A stretch of 64,000 bases of DNA, taken from contig OZ316899.1 of assembly GCA_973895155.1 (NCBI GenBank), forward strand, positions 1,077,573 to 1,141,572, read 5' to 3'. This document shows, one piece after another, positions 48,365-61,349 of this stretch. The DNA comes from Marsupella aquatica (lineage: Eukaryota > Plantae > Marchantiophyta). The notes below the pieces were generated by a model, which did no database searches, was not told the DNA's origin, and saw only the letters and a list, made by a program, of their open reading frames with translations. Made by a program: the position numbers and the translations under genes. Positions within the stretch are counted from its first letter, which is position 1. Each line of letters opens with the position of its first letter.

Positions 48365-48566
48365 GATAGAAATCTTTTTTCAGCAGGTTGGGGAGGCGTG
48401 CCTGGACAGGAAGGAGGAGGAGACACAACTACTGGAGGAGGAGGGTCCGGATACAGATCCAAATCAATTATGTTGACTTGTCTCCCCTCTACTGCTCGTT
48501 GGATAAGCCAGGGGTCAGCCATTGAAAATAAGCCCAAAGTATTTCAAACTTACTTTATGGAATGGT

Positions 48567-48720
48567 GCAAGTGGCCTGGAGGCCATGGATCGACACTTCT
48601 GCAAGTGGCCTGGAGGCCATGGATCAATCGACGCTTCAGCAAGTGGCTTGGAGGCCAAGAATTGACACTTCAGCAAGTGGCCTAGAGCCATGGATTGACA
48701 CCGCAGCAACTGGCCCGCAC
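48567..48720. repeat. ~34-bp tandem repeat x4.5 (GCAAGTGGCCTGGAGGCCATGGAT...)
   Basis: Unit starts at 48567, 48601, 48639, 48673, 48706. Confidence 0.85.
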
Positions 48721-48966
48721 CATTGATCTTGATCTCACTTGGAAAATGTAATTATAAAGATCGTTGAAGTGTACTCTACTTGATTTGGAAAATGGCGCTA
48801 GCGCCCCAATTTTGAAATTGAGAATTCTTATTTTGTTCCGTGGCAGAGGGATTTCAATCGTGAATTGGTAAAGTGTCAATTAGCATCTTTCTTTGCTCCA
48901 TGCAGGCATTGTGATCCGTAGAGACTGCCATGGGTGGACATGATGCATTATCACAAGATGGAGAAC

Positions 48967-49925
48967 GGATGGCTCTGCGGTGTGGAAATGTAGAGCTGGG
49001 AACAAATTTTGTCTCTCGAATCTTAGACTGATTCGTCCACCTCGGAGCCTAGAGGAAGGCGCTCAATCATGGACTTCTTGGTTTGAATCCAATTTTCTTT
49101 TTTTGTCCGCTGTTGTTCTGAGAAAGTGGGAATCGGGGGTTTTTAGGAGAAGATGGCTTTGCGCTGTGGAAATATATGCAGAGGTGGGAAGTTCTTTCAC
49201 TTCTCAAATCTTAGACTAATCCGCTCGCCTCGAAGCTGAAAGGAAGGCGCTGAATCGTAGACTTCTTGGTTTGCTGAATCCAGTTTTTTCTTGATGTTCT
49301 GGGAAAGGGGAATTGGAGGATTTTTAGGAAAAGGATGGCTCTGGGGTGTGGAAATGCAGAGGTAGGAGAGAATTTCACTTCTCGAATCTTACACTGATTC
49401 GTTCGCCTCGGAGCTTAAAGGTAGCCGCTGAATCATGGACATCTTGGTTTGTGGAATCCTGTTTTCGCTTGCTATCCCCTGTTGTTTTGAAAATGGGGAA
49501 TTAGAGGATTCTTAGAAGGATGGCTCTACGTTGTGGAAATGCGGAGGTAGGAACGAGTTTCACTTCTTGAATAGATTTATCCGTTTGCATCGGAGCTTAG
49601 ATGAAGGCGCTGAATCATGGATTTCTTGGTTGTTGAATCCAGTTTTCTTTTGCTATCCCCTGTTGTTCTGAGAAAGGGGAAATCAAAGGATTTGTAGGAG
49701 AAGGATGGCTCTGGGGTGTGGAAATGCAGAGCTGGGGACAAATTTCACCTTAGACTGATCCGTTCGCCTCGGAGCGTAGAGGAAGGTGGTGAATCGTGGT
49801 CATCTTGGTTCGGTGAGATCCGTCCAGTTTTTTCTTTCGATTCACTGCTGCTTTGAGAAAGGAAATATCAGAGGATGTTTAGGGCAAGGATGACTGTGCT
49901 ATGGGGAAATGCAGAAATGGAAACT
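48967..49925. repeat. ~184-bp degenerate tandem repeat x5
   Basis: GGATGGCTCT..GTGGAAATG recurs at ~48967, 49150, 49333, 49518, 49703, 49887. Confidence 0.88.
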
Positions 49926-52900
49926 AGAGCAGCAGCTTCCACGATTTGGAGTCCCATCAAATAGTTCCGTTTCGCCAGGTGCTGCCCGAAATTCAACATG
50001 GATTGGAGTAGTTTGAGGAGGGGAATTTACAAAGGAACAGACAAAAGAACAGCTTGATTATTGAACTATTGTGACGCGCTATGCTCGATAGACTCTCCAC
50101 AATCTACGGAGCGCTTTCAACGAGCAACCCCTTCACCTGATTGCTGGAAACATAGATTTGAGGAGATGGTTTCCTCAGTCTGTATGTTGTCGAGCTGGTA
50201 GTGACTAGGGAATATCGCGTCATGGATCATCTTCGTAGTTCCAATATCAAGCTGCCTTTTGAATGCCTCTTCTGAATTCTCTGGAAACCCGATGAACTTT
50301 GTTCATGAAGTGAATTACACAACATTTTGTCACAAATTGACAAATGTTCACTTGCAAAAATGGCAGAACTATGCAAATAGAAGAGTCCACATCTCTCCCT
50401 CAAAGCACTCAAGGCTCAGCATAAAATGCGGAGATTGAGCTTGCTTCCTTAATCGAGAACGTTCCAGAATGATAGATCTAACAAGGTGACCACTTTTGGC
50501 ACGCAGAAACGTATTACTTATTTCAACCTAGCAGATTTCGTGAATTTGGATAACAGTCTTCCCTTCGTGCTTGAGACGTGGACGGTCCCAATCCTATTGG
50601 TTGGGAAGCTCGGAATTTTGCCCGCAGGGATGCAGAGATGCTCTTGCATGGAGAAACCTGTTTGTGGATCCAGTCACCGGACAGTGGTCAAGGATTTCAC
50701 CGAACATGATGCATTGTCACCTGAAGCATCTAGAAGGGGTGAAATTTGGACGATTTGGTCGCTCTTCCAGATGTAAATCTTCAATGCGGATGTAACCTCA
50801 CTCCAGAGATTTCCCCTAGTCCTGACCTATGCAAATCTTCAACTCAAGGTATTAATTTTTTGGTATTGAGCTGACAATTTATTCCTCTAGGGAAGGGTTG
50901 AATTCTGTAGCCGGAAAAAATTTCAGTATAGAGAGGGATATTGAATCGAATGAGCCCATAGGGTCCCTAGCTTGTCTCGATGCTATACTTCCAGCTTCAA
51001 TTGAACAGTTTTGTAGTGTCTGAAGTGACTCCTTGCTCGCCAAGGATCTCTAAGTTTTGAATAAAAGTTCCTGAGTGTTGTTTCCTGGCTCTTTTACTCA
51101 CGTACACGACAGTTTCCCATGTTTCAATCGCTGTTTTGTTTCAGGTTGATAAAGCTGCTGGCAGACAATGCCTCGGTGTTTGACACAAGGGGCACTGCAA
51201 AATGCAGGAGGAACGCCACAAAGCAAGTGCCAAGCATCTCCATCCACCCTCTTCTGCCGTTATGTTATATTCCAATACTTCCAATTCTATTATGAACATT
51301 TCGGGATGAATATTAAAGGACTCGTCTAGCTTGGCAAGCGTGAGAAAGGCCTCTCTTTGCCTCTCTAATGAAGCCAAATTCTTCTCTTGGAGCCGTTCTA
51401 TTCCACTCAAATGCGGTGGGTGGCTGAACCTTTGTGTGCAACGAATACGTTGAAGACTAATTTATCTCTTATGTCGCTGTCAGTTTAGTTGTTTCTCCTT
51501 CTGTTGCCAGGTTGTCTTCATTGGAACGTGTATGGTCCTCTCTTTTTGTCTGCGTCTGTTATGGTCTCCGCCATCTCTTTTGTTCTCCTCTACATCACCC
51601 TAGTGTCTTCTGGTGGGGCAGCCCGCGATTAGTGTTCTCGCTGTAGGTTTGAGTACCTCTCATCTGGCAACGTCCGTAGCGAGTTCAAAGGAAGAGACCT
51701 GATTTTCACCGTGCAGATTGAAATGATAGGCTACACTGCTTACGTCAAGGGATGCATTCCAGAAACAAAGAAGCCTTCTATCGCCGAGTAAAACTGTGAA
51801 AACAACATCCCAAGACATTAACAAAAGTTTTGACTAAATCAATTAAGATGAACTCTGAGACTTGTGATCTCCCCAAAAACCTAAGCTGAAAATTTGCCAC
51901 CAACTTTTCACAAGGCTAAGTCATCTCTACAATGATTCTAGCTCGATCTCAAAGACGTTACTAGGTTTTGCGGTCTACAATCTCCCCGGTGGCCCGATAA
52001 GGACCCATGACATCCTACACAATCCATAACAGGTACGCAACGACACCAAATCCAGAAAGCACAATAAAAATTGTTCCATTCAGAGGGATAGGGAATCAAT
52101 CCATCTGCTTAACAACTACTAATGTTTAGAGCTCAGAATTGCAGGGATAGAGACGAGGAAGGCATCCCGCTTGTGAAGCCCTTTATCAGGATCTCAAATT
52201 GTTAAAAAGTGTCTTGTACAAGACCGGGAAACTCAGATGTCAATCATGGGGAAAATCAAGGAACAAATAACTTTTAACTGTTTAACTCCAGTCACTGTGC
52301 CTGCTCTACCTTGCTCACAATGCCCTCCCGCCTTGATAACATGTGTTCAAGTATGACAACATTAAAAGAGGGTCGACGTGCTGCAATCATAGTAAAGTAA
52401 GAGCAAGAGATGTGTGGTACAATGAGCTGCATGCACAACCCAATAACTACTTCTTACCCATTATTAAGTCAATATTACTACATCATCTATATGCAATCTT
52501 TTTCTGTTTAATACATGGACATATGGTAGCAATCTATTGTTAATTTTTAATGTCTACCGGATATCTAACTGACGTTGGTTCAAGTACATGAACATTACAA
52601 TTAAGCCATGACATGTTTTTATGTAAAAGTTATGACTCATATGTGTCAATGGGATATGCAATCCAATTTACATCATAATCACATACAAACAATATCAACT
52701 TAGCATATTAAGCAGTTTGATACAAAATGATTGTCCAGTACACTCATAGAATTGACAAAGAAATCATGTACTAATACAACTTATGTCAAATACATATACA
52801 CCTCAGTTTCGTGATGACTAAGACCTCTCCTCGACACTTGGAGCCTCGAACCAATCACAATCCGCCCTGGAGAACTTGGAGAATCTGGAACTCTGAACGG

Positions 52901-53540
52901 TGAACTATTCACACGTGCAGTCCCAACGACTCCGCAAGCTGCAAGAAAATTGAGCACTTGTTGACCACAATTCCCACGGACCATTCGGGAAAGGGCCGAG
53001 TCTGGACTTCGTAATCCAATTCCCTCGCTTGCTCGCACGTCCAGTCTAGGCAATGCAACGACCGATCGCCGTATCGGTCTTTGTATTTCTGCCTCTTGAT
53101 CCTCACCCGGAGACTGAAAGATCCGTCATTGAACGTGTGTTGAATGTGGCAACTTGAATGCTGAGTGCGATACGCGTATCGGTTGCCAGATACCCTCTCC
53201 ATAACCCGGGATGGATGGCCTGAAGCGACATCTCGGACCTAAACCTGGGTTGTAATTTTCTCATTCCTTGGTGATGGAATGCTCAAGAGACGATGCTTCT
53301 CAGGTTTACTAGGCAACACATAGTAACAACTGGGCTCAAGACTAGAACTTGCATCAGAACTATCTGCTGTGAGAGAGGTAGAGCTTTAAGTATGCGACTT
53401 GGAAAACAGCGAGCGACAACATTAGGAGAGGATTCAACTGAACTTGAAGGTGAATCTGTGTCTGATTGAGACATGGCTATCCGAGACACTATGGGGCTTT
53501 ACATTCCTCCCTCAATCAGGGAAAATGAATGGCTCAATCT

Positions 53541-53830
53541 ATCTGATGTTGGTATTGCAAAAAGTGTTTCCTTCATATGGAAAGTTGCAATTTTGAAATT
53601 GCAACGATAAATTTATCTGATGTTGGTATTGCAAAAAGTGTTTCCTTCATATGGAAAGTTGCAGTTTTGAAATTGCAACGATAAATTTATCTGATGTTGG
53701 TATTGCAAAAAGTGTTTCCTTCATATGGAAAGTTTGCAATTTTGAAATTGCAGCGATAAATTTATCTGATGTTGGTATTGCAAAAAGTATTTTCTTAATA
53801 TGGATAGTTGTAATTTTGAAATTTAACCGA
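53541..53830. repeat. ~74-bp subterminal tandem repeat x4 with CGATAAATTTATC palindrome
   Basis: ATCTGATGTTGGTATTGCAAAAAG at 53541, 53615, 53689, 53764. Confidence 0.92.
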
Positions 53831-54408
53831 TGAACCAAAGGATCTTAGTATTGTCGGCAAGTATTTTTGTCGTCCGGAGTTGCCGCGATAATTTTATCGG
53901 ACTGCACATTGTTGTTGAGACAACGGCATGTTGACTATGCATGTATGTGGTTACTATGGTCAATTGCGGAGGTAACTGCAAGGTAAGTTTGACAAACTGT
54001 GCTGTAATTTCTTATCGATTGTGATGTAAAATAGTTATGGTAAATAACCAAAAATTGGGGAAATTGAGATTCGGTCGGAACTTTCATGGTTGAAATCCGC
54101 AGTCCGATACAGGTATCGGACTTTGTTTGAAAAGTGGATATGGATTTCTAGATAAGACGTTTCATATATGTTTGGAGAGCGTGGATATGAGGTTCTGGCG
54201 AACGTTTTTTGGATCTAATCTTTCCTTGATAAATTGAATGTTTGTGACCATTAATTTCAGTGGTTCGGACCATTCCTGAATTTCCTGATTCAATCCGAAC
54301 TCCGATACGGATTATATTATTTCCCCAAAAACCTGTTTTTGATTAAAAAACCATCGATTTGCGAGATTTGGCGGAAAATGAAAAAACACTTCTTGTTTGC
54401 GGAAATAG

Positions 54409-54433
54409 TTCTTGTTCGGTCGGAAATCGTGTT
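54409..54433 (-). repeat. Right TIR of the giant transposon
   Basis: Inverted copy of 12237-12261, followed by TGGA. Confidence 0.88.
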
Positions 54434-55417
54434 TGGACCAGGTCCAGCTACTCAAGCAGGATGCCGACAGGCTCAGGAGGCAACGGGATAGTCGCTCCCA
54501 CTCAGGCGGCTCTGGCAAGCGTGCCAGGCATTAGCGGTAGAGTAGGATTAAAATAGAGTTAGGAATAGCTAAAATAGGCTATAGGGACAAGAGCCTGCCC
54601 TAGTTAAAGCGGCACTACCATACTGTCCAGCCTGCATAGATTAGGATCTTCTAATAAGACAAGTCATTTTCCGGCCTGACAGCCAGCTTAGTTAGGATCT
54701 TAGTTAGCGAATCTTTGGGCACAAGGCCACTTCGGTCCTCGGCTCTTAGTATTTAGTACACCCCTCGGTAGAGGCAGGGGGTTTTTTTGTTAGTCTCAGA
54801 GTGGGGCATTTGCGGTATGTGGGGGGAGTCCCGATCTCTGCGAGTGAAAGAGTACCAAGGGGAGGGGGTAGGACTAAGCTCGTCGGGCGAGTGCGGAGCC
54901 GAGCTCTATTGTAGTGTACACCCTCAACCTTGGACCTGTTCATCCGAGAGCTTTCGGGTCAACTAAGTGTACGTGTATGTCCCCTATGTAGTAAAATCCT
55001 TTCCCATTATTTCCTTCGTGTAAATCGAGATTGTATGCTTGCGCGTGTGCATATGTGTGAATCTTGTGTATGGGTGAATCTCGCACCTGAGCCATGCACG
55101 GGGTGCAACTTGCGGGTAAGTGGTTGCGAGCCCAAGTTGAGTGACCGTATCATCAAATCCGGATCGAAGGAGGACAGCACGAAGGCTTAAAAGCCCGTAA
55201 GCCGGGGTCGATCTCGCTATCGACTAAGGTATGTTCTGGCGGCGGAACACAAACCATACCTAGGAAGGGTCCGTAAATAATAGTAGACGCACTTAGCGCT
55301 AGTTTACATGAGTTAGGTGCATTCCGGGCTTCCCTCCCTGCTCAAATCCTCATATTTACGAAGGATGTGCCTGTCTAAGCCAAAGCCTGGTTTAAGGCCT
55401 AGGCTGACGATGTGACA
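54434..55417 (+). repeat. 3' LTR of family A' element, right part
   Basis: Resumes the ORF (DQVQLLKQ...KRARH*, stop 54532-54534) and ends TGTGACA at 55417. Confidence 0.9.
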
Positions 55418-58167
55418 CTTTGGCGGCCCCGGCACCCATACTCACGGCAGTAGCGCTACCACCGCCTGACCGGGAGGAAGGAGAGATGTCCCCCTCTTCT
55501 AGTCACCCCGGGAATCAGTCTCGGGGTAGAAAGAAAAAGGAACCCGCAGCTATATCGGGGTTGCCTTTGGCCACGGTTGCAGTGGCCAAGCTGACCATGC
55601 ATGCTATTTGAAGACCCAAGGGTTTGAGCACCTCGCCCCTCTCCCTTGGAATAAAAGCAGGTACTACGGGCAAGATATGACTGAGTTCATCCAGAACTTT
55701 GACGAGGCCCGCCAACAAACCCGAGCGCACGGGAGAGTGATGTGTCTCAATGAGGCACGTTTGAAGATGATTTTTGGCCTACCCAAGGGGATAAATCGGG
55801 TAGAGTCGCGGGCTCTTGGGGGCAAGGGAGCTAAATACCAGTCTTCTAGCTTCCCGACCGAGGGTGCTGTGGACAATGGATTCTTGATGAGAACGTGCCT
55901 CATCCCGGAGGTAGCTGAACGCCTGGAGTTCCAGCGGTATGCCCTCCATATGATGGAACCATGGGGCGAAATATCTGCCGCCCAGGTCACACAAATAGAG
56001 AACTTTTGGCCTAGGAAGTGGGCGTCCTTTTTTGTTAAGAAGTTCCACGAACAGATGGAGCGGAGAAGGAAGACCTTGTACATTGGCAGAAAGGCATACT
56101 TTGCGAGCCACATTGAGATTATCATCGAATGGTACGCCCGTTTTGACCGCCGAAGCCTTCCCCGTTGCAACAAGACGGAATTTACTCCGTCAAAGTGGGT
56201 ATTCCCAGCTCAGGAGAGGCGACCAAAGCCCAAAGCCCAAAGCGTGGCAGCCATAGGACCTACTTCTCCGGCCCTACAACCAACCACTACCGCCCCACCA
56301 AGCGTACCCATGGATGCAGTTATCACAACCTTGGAAGCGATCAACCGGGTCAACGCAATCGAAGCTGGGCCGGTTGAGGCCGGACCCAAACCCGACACTA
56401 TGGTGGCCGAGGAGATTCCGCCACCCCCCACGCCCATGCAGGAGAATCGCTCGGTGGAACCAGCCCCTTCGACCGACTTACCTCAAGGGCTGGATGTTTC
56501 CACTCCTACTCCCTTGCGGGTTGGGGTCTGCCCGTGCCCGAATCCAAATGGACATAGTCTAGACCATCTGGAACTCTTTGCGCCGGGCACGTTTTTGAAC
56601 GGGTTGTTGGGAGATTTCTCGCAACAGATCTCACGGGATACCGGGGAATACATGGCACAAAAGGTGGCCTACTTCTTCAACCAAGAGTTGGTTGCGACCA
56701 TAAAGGCAGGACATGCACAGGCGGAGACAGTGCAAAGAATAGAGCGATACCGGGTTGAGTCTGTCTACCTGAAGGACAAAGTGGCACCCCTGGAGACTGA
56801 ACTCCAGCAACTACGACCTCAAGTAACGGCCACGGAGGATCAGGTTGCCAAGGCCAGGGCCCGGGCAGCCTTAGCAGAGCAGGCCAGGCTTGGAAAGGAC
56901 TCCGAGATGGCACGGCTCCGGACCAAGATTGACGGTTTGAAGGGACAAGCCGTCAGTTGGCAGAAGGATCTGGAGGAAGCTGACTCTTGATCTCAGCGGG
57001 ACGCAGCCAAGATTGACACCCTGAAGACAAAGGTAGCACGGCTTCAAGGAGAGGCCACAAAGCAGGCCCAGTTGATGGATAAGTTGACAAGCAATGTCTA
57101 GTAACTGGAGGAGGCATGTTAGGAGGCCGCAAAAGAGACGAACGTGGCGAAGCGTGAGAACAAATCTCTATTGGACCAGGTCCAGCTACTCAAGCAAGAT
57201 ACTGACAGGCTCAGGAGGTAGCGGGATAGCCTCTCCAACTCGGGCGGCTTTGGCAAGCGTGCTAGGCATTAGCGGCAGAGTAGGATGAAAATAAAGTAAG
57301 GAGTAGCTAAATTGGGCTATAGGGACAAGCGCCTGCCCTAGTTAAAGCGGCGCTGCCATACTGTCCAGCCTGCATAGATTAGGATCTTCTAATAAGACAA
57401 GCCGTTTTCCGGCCTGACAGCCAGCTTAGTTAGGATCTTAGTTTGCAAATCTACGGGCGTGAAGCCGCTCCGGTCTTCAGCCCTTAGTATTTAGTGCACC
57501 CCTCGGTAGAGGCAGGGGGTTTTAGTCTCAGAGTCGAACATCCGCGGTATGTGCGGGAAGTCCCGACCTCTGTGAGTGAAAGAGTACGAAGGGGAGGGGG
57601 TAAGACTAAGCTCGCTAGGCAAGTGCGGAGCCGGCTTTGTTGTAGTGTACACCCTTGGCCTTGGACCTGTTCATTCGAGAGCTTTTGGGTCAACGAAGCG
57701 TACGTGTATGTCCGCTATGTAAGTAAAATCCTTTCCCATTATTTCCTTTGTGTAAATCGAGATTGTATGCTTGTGCGCATGCATACGTGTGAATCTTGTG
57801 ATTGTATGGATGCCAGCGCTTGGCCGAACGCACTACCCAAACCGTGCACGGGGTGCAGCTTGCGGGTAAGTGGTTGCAAGCACGGGTTGAGTAATTGTAT
57901 CATCAAATCCGGATCAAAGGTGGACAACACGAAGGCTTAGAATCCCGTAAACCGGGGTCGATCCCGCTATCGACTAAGGTACGTTCCGGCGGCGGAACAC
58001 AAACCATACCTAGGAGGTGTCCATAAATAACAGTAGACGCACTTAGCGCTAGTTTACGTGAGTTAGGTGCATTCTATGCTTCCCTCCCTGCCTGAACCCT
58101 CATATTTACAAAGGATGTGCCTGTCTAAGCCGAAGCCCGAGTTAAGGCCTAGATTGACGACGTGACA
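55418..58167 (+). mobile_element. Right portion of another family A' LTR (target of the previous element), with decayed LTR ORF 55418-57272
   Basis: Starts mid-ORF (AAPAPILT); 460-aa open stretch 55608-56990; ends CGTGACA at 58167. Confidence 0.88.
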
Positions 58168-59791
58168 GCTCTCTACCAGACAAAGGCCGGGACTCCCCAT
58201 GGATCACATAGCCTTGCCAGAGTAAATTGTAAATGCTCCTCCTGTTGCCCCTCAATCAATATCTCAACCGCCCTAATGTGCTCACCGCAAATCAAATTGA
58301 AATCCTCCCCACAATTTACAATCACCAATACATCACCTATCACCAAGGCTTTGTACCGGGGGGAAAAGAACCCAGTTGTGTTGCCTACTAGAAAGAGCCA
58401 CAATCTAGCTTGCAAACCTAGCCAACTGTTGCTGTGAAGCGTGGTTGATTACTCCCTAAGTAATAGCACAACCAAGCTCTCCCCAGCATACAGCTTCCAA
58501 GCCCAACCTTCCTTGCACAGAGCTCCTCCCTGTTGCTCAGTCTACGTGAGATCACAAAATTGAAGCCCCCCTGCCTCTACCGGGGGGTTGCTCTATATAC
58601 TCTCACACTGAGCCCAAATGGGTGGATACTACGCTGCTGGAGCCCCATCCCAGCCCTAACAGAGCCGCCACTATCTCTAACTACTGAACCTTAACTTGCA
58701 GCTTTATTTCTATCTCAAATTGGCTATGTACTTTGGATTTGGCTCTCCTCCATAGTTTTTGCAAGCTTGCACCTCCTCTCACAATTTCTCTATTCAACCA
58801 TATGCTGTGTGGATAGCAGCGTTGGAAGCGGCTTGAGCTCTTCTTTCCAATGAGGTCAATTATAGTCGATTTGGGCAAATACAGAGAAAGTTATGCCCCG
58901 CAACCGAGAGGGGGTATACACTGTTGCGCTAACCCAAGTTTGACTACCCTATCTAACCCGAGTAGAGCTAACCCGTGGCCTCCGGCTAAGCCGCTATCCC
59001 TGTCCGTTGCCTGCATCCGCTATCTGTGTTCGTTGTCCATCTCCGTTGCCCGTGTCCATTGTCCATGCCTACTATCTATGTTCTCTAACCTCTATCCATA
59101 TTTGTATCCGTTATCCGTGTTCGCTAACCTCTATCCGTATCCGCTACCTTGGGTTACACACTAACCTGTCACACTAATAAGATCATATCTTTTGTAATAC
59201 ACCTTTGTTTTGAGAGTGTTTTATATCGATTTTACTTGCCTTGACCAGATCTTTCCAATGCTCTTTACAGATCCAGATTTGGTGACGTACTGAAAGAGAT
59301 ATGGTCGCCGACCACCCGCGACATAGCTTTTTATTTCTCTAACTTTCTAAGACTAAACTATGGATTACTAACCTAACACATGGAATGAAGATGCACACAA
59401 AGACATTCAGATTTCATTATGAAAACAACCACCATACCACATAGTCATTTTCTCAATCGGGGAGACTTGCTTCCCCAAATTACCTCATCTACCCCTGCAT
59501 CTTGGAGAGCCCCCATGCTCCATTGTGCTTGCCAACACAGTAGTATGGTAGGGGAGATGACTTCTCTCTTCCCCTAGCTGCTTATTGGTGGCCTTGACAA
59601 TGATTGTCTCCGTTATGTCTGCTTTGGTTGTGCACTCTTTAGGCTAACCTGCCCTAGTCCTGCTCTAAACACCATGATTGCTTTTATTCTTGCCATCTTG
59701 TTGATTGTTATGCAATCTCACAATTACTTATTGCGTACAGCATACCAATTCCATTGTATTACAGAATAAGGACCATCTCATCGGTGTCACA
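58168..59791 (-). mobile_element. Partial LTR of family B
   Basis: Colinear with 30543-31995 and ends GTGTCACA at 59791. Has ~320 extra bp and a different internal tandem array (TATCCG units). Confidence 0.85.
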
Positions 59792-60417
59792 GTTCTAATC
59801 CTATGTGCAGACTGCATTTGTCTCAGGTCGAGTCAAAATTTTGACCACTTGGTCAAAGAATGCAGTTGTGAACTAGACTAATGAGTCATTTTGGGTCATT
59901 AAGTTATGACCGTTATATATTACATCATGGTCCCCAATAAGACTGACCAGTCTAGCCCAATCTTAAGATTTCTAATAGTCATCAACTATCTATAGTCATC
60001 ATTGGTCACAAAGGTGACCATATACTCTAAACTTTTAAGACCAACTAGTTGTAATCAATTGCCCATGTTTTGATGTTGAACCATAGCACGAGTCATATAT
60101 GCGAAAGGCTATTCTTCCTCACTTATTGTTTGTGACTAATTCATACCTTGTCTTGAGTCATGAAAATGACTACTTTGCAGTCATTTCTAAGACTATAACT
60201 CATTTTCAACCAAACAGGCCCAAGTACGGATTTGGTCATTATTAGTAACAAAATGTGTCTTAAAGCCTAGTCATAGAGCTGGCCACTCAACTTCAATCAC
60301 TTTAAATAAGACGCTATGTCAAAATTACGACTGACTTGATACCCCCCAAACTTTAGTCACAAAGAGTCATGGGCAGTCGTAAAACCTAGTCATAAAACAC
60401 CCCCGTTTCTACTAGTG
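59792..60417. mobile_element. CACTA-type element terminus with subterminal repeats
   Basis: Ends ...CCCCGTTTCTACTAGTG (reverse complement CACTAGTAGAAACGGGG). Many short AGTCAT/GACCA/GGTCA units upstream. Confidence 0.6.
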
Positions 60418-61349
60418 ATATAAATACATAGTGTATATGCAATTTGTACAAAGTCTCTTAATGCCCATGTCAATACTATGGGCTTGTGGAAGATCCTCCT
60501 TGGTATGAGTTAGCAAAGTTGATTGCGTCATGCGTCTCGTTCCATGCTAGCAATGAAGACTCCTTCATGTTCATAGATTACATGCAAGGAAAAAAATCAA
60601 GGTATTAGTTCAGAATGAAGATGATATGGTGGGTTGTAATCCTTGGCCTTGGAAGCGTTTGGAGTGTCCAATCCTAGATTGGGTGTTGGCATAACCTGGT
60701 CACACCATAACATATACCATATCCATATCATAGAGGTATCCTATTAAGATATGGCACACCATCTCTCGTGGTGCCTTACCAGGCCATATCTCACCTTATG
60801 GTACTTTACAACCTGATACCTTACCTCATATGATCATATGATACCATATCATGATAAAGTCTGTTTTATTTCCAAATTTAGTAGTCATGATATGTCATTC
60901 AATATTAGTGAATGAATGTGTGAACATCCTATCCAATGGTGTACAAAGATTCCTCATTTTTCAGAATTGGCCATATGGTTCCAACTCATAGAATATAGTT
61001 CCATTGTTAAATATTGATTGGTGCAAAAAGGCACTTGTGCATTAGGCACATCCCATGGGTTCTATTGCTTGGGGCCAAGCCTTTCATGAGGTCTCCCCCT
61101 CAAATTATCAAATATTGTTCCTGTCTGCCTGAGTGTGCGGGTATAACCACCGTGATAGCAAACAGTTACTCGTAATAGCAAACGGGTGGTAAATTTTTTT
61201 CAATTTTTTTTTTGGGAGAATTTTTGTTTTGTTTTTTGTAGAGTTGATATTTTTTGGCTAGTGCCCGGAGCTAGTAATAGTATCGCCTTACACTAGCAAA
61301 AAATTGTCATGTTTTGAATTATTTGGAAAATTGTGACTTTTAATCCTGC

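Larger units (their letters stand above)
12237..54433. mobile_element. Giant TIR DNA transposon (42,197 bp; ~25.7 kb after removing nested retroelements), Sola-like and/or Plavaka-type
   Basis: 25-bp TIRs with 22/25 match. TGGA is duplicated at 12233-12236 and 54434-54437, whereas uninterrupted LTR copies (near 16822 and 57172) have a single TGGA. Two DDE/DDD transposase genes lie inside. Confidence 0.88.

Noticed and set aside
50486-51700. Possible LRR-like and Myb/coiled-coil remnants
   Set aside because: Only a few residues resemble the patterns and the frames are broken; not supportable.
12815-53830. 56-, 88-, 34- and 74-bp repeat arrays as CRISPR arrays
   Set aside because: Whole units repeat with no unique spacers, there are no cas genes, and the context is eukaryotic.
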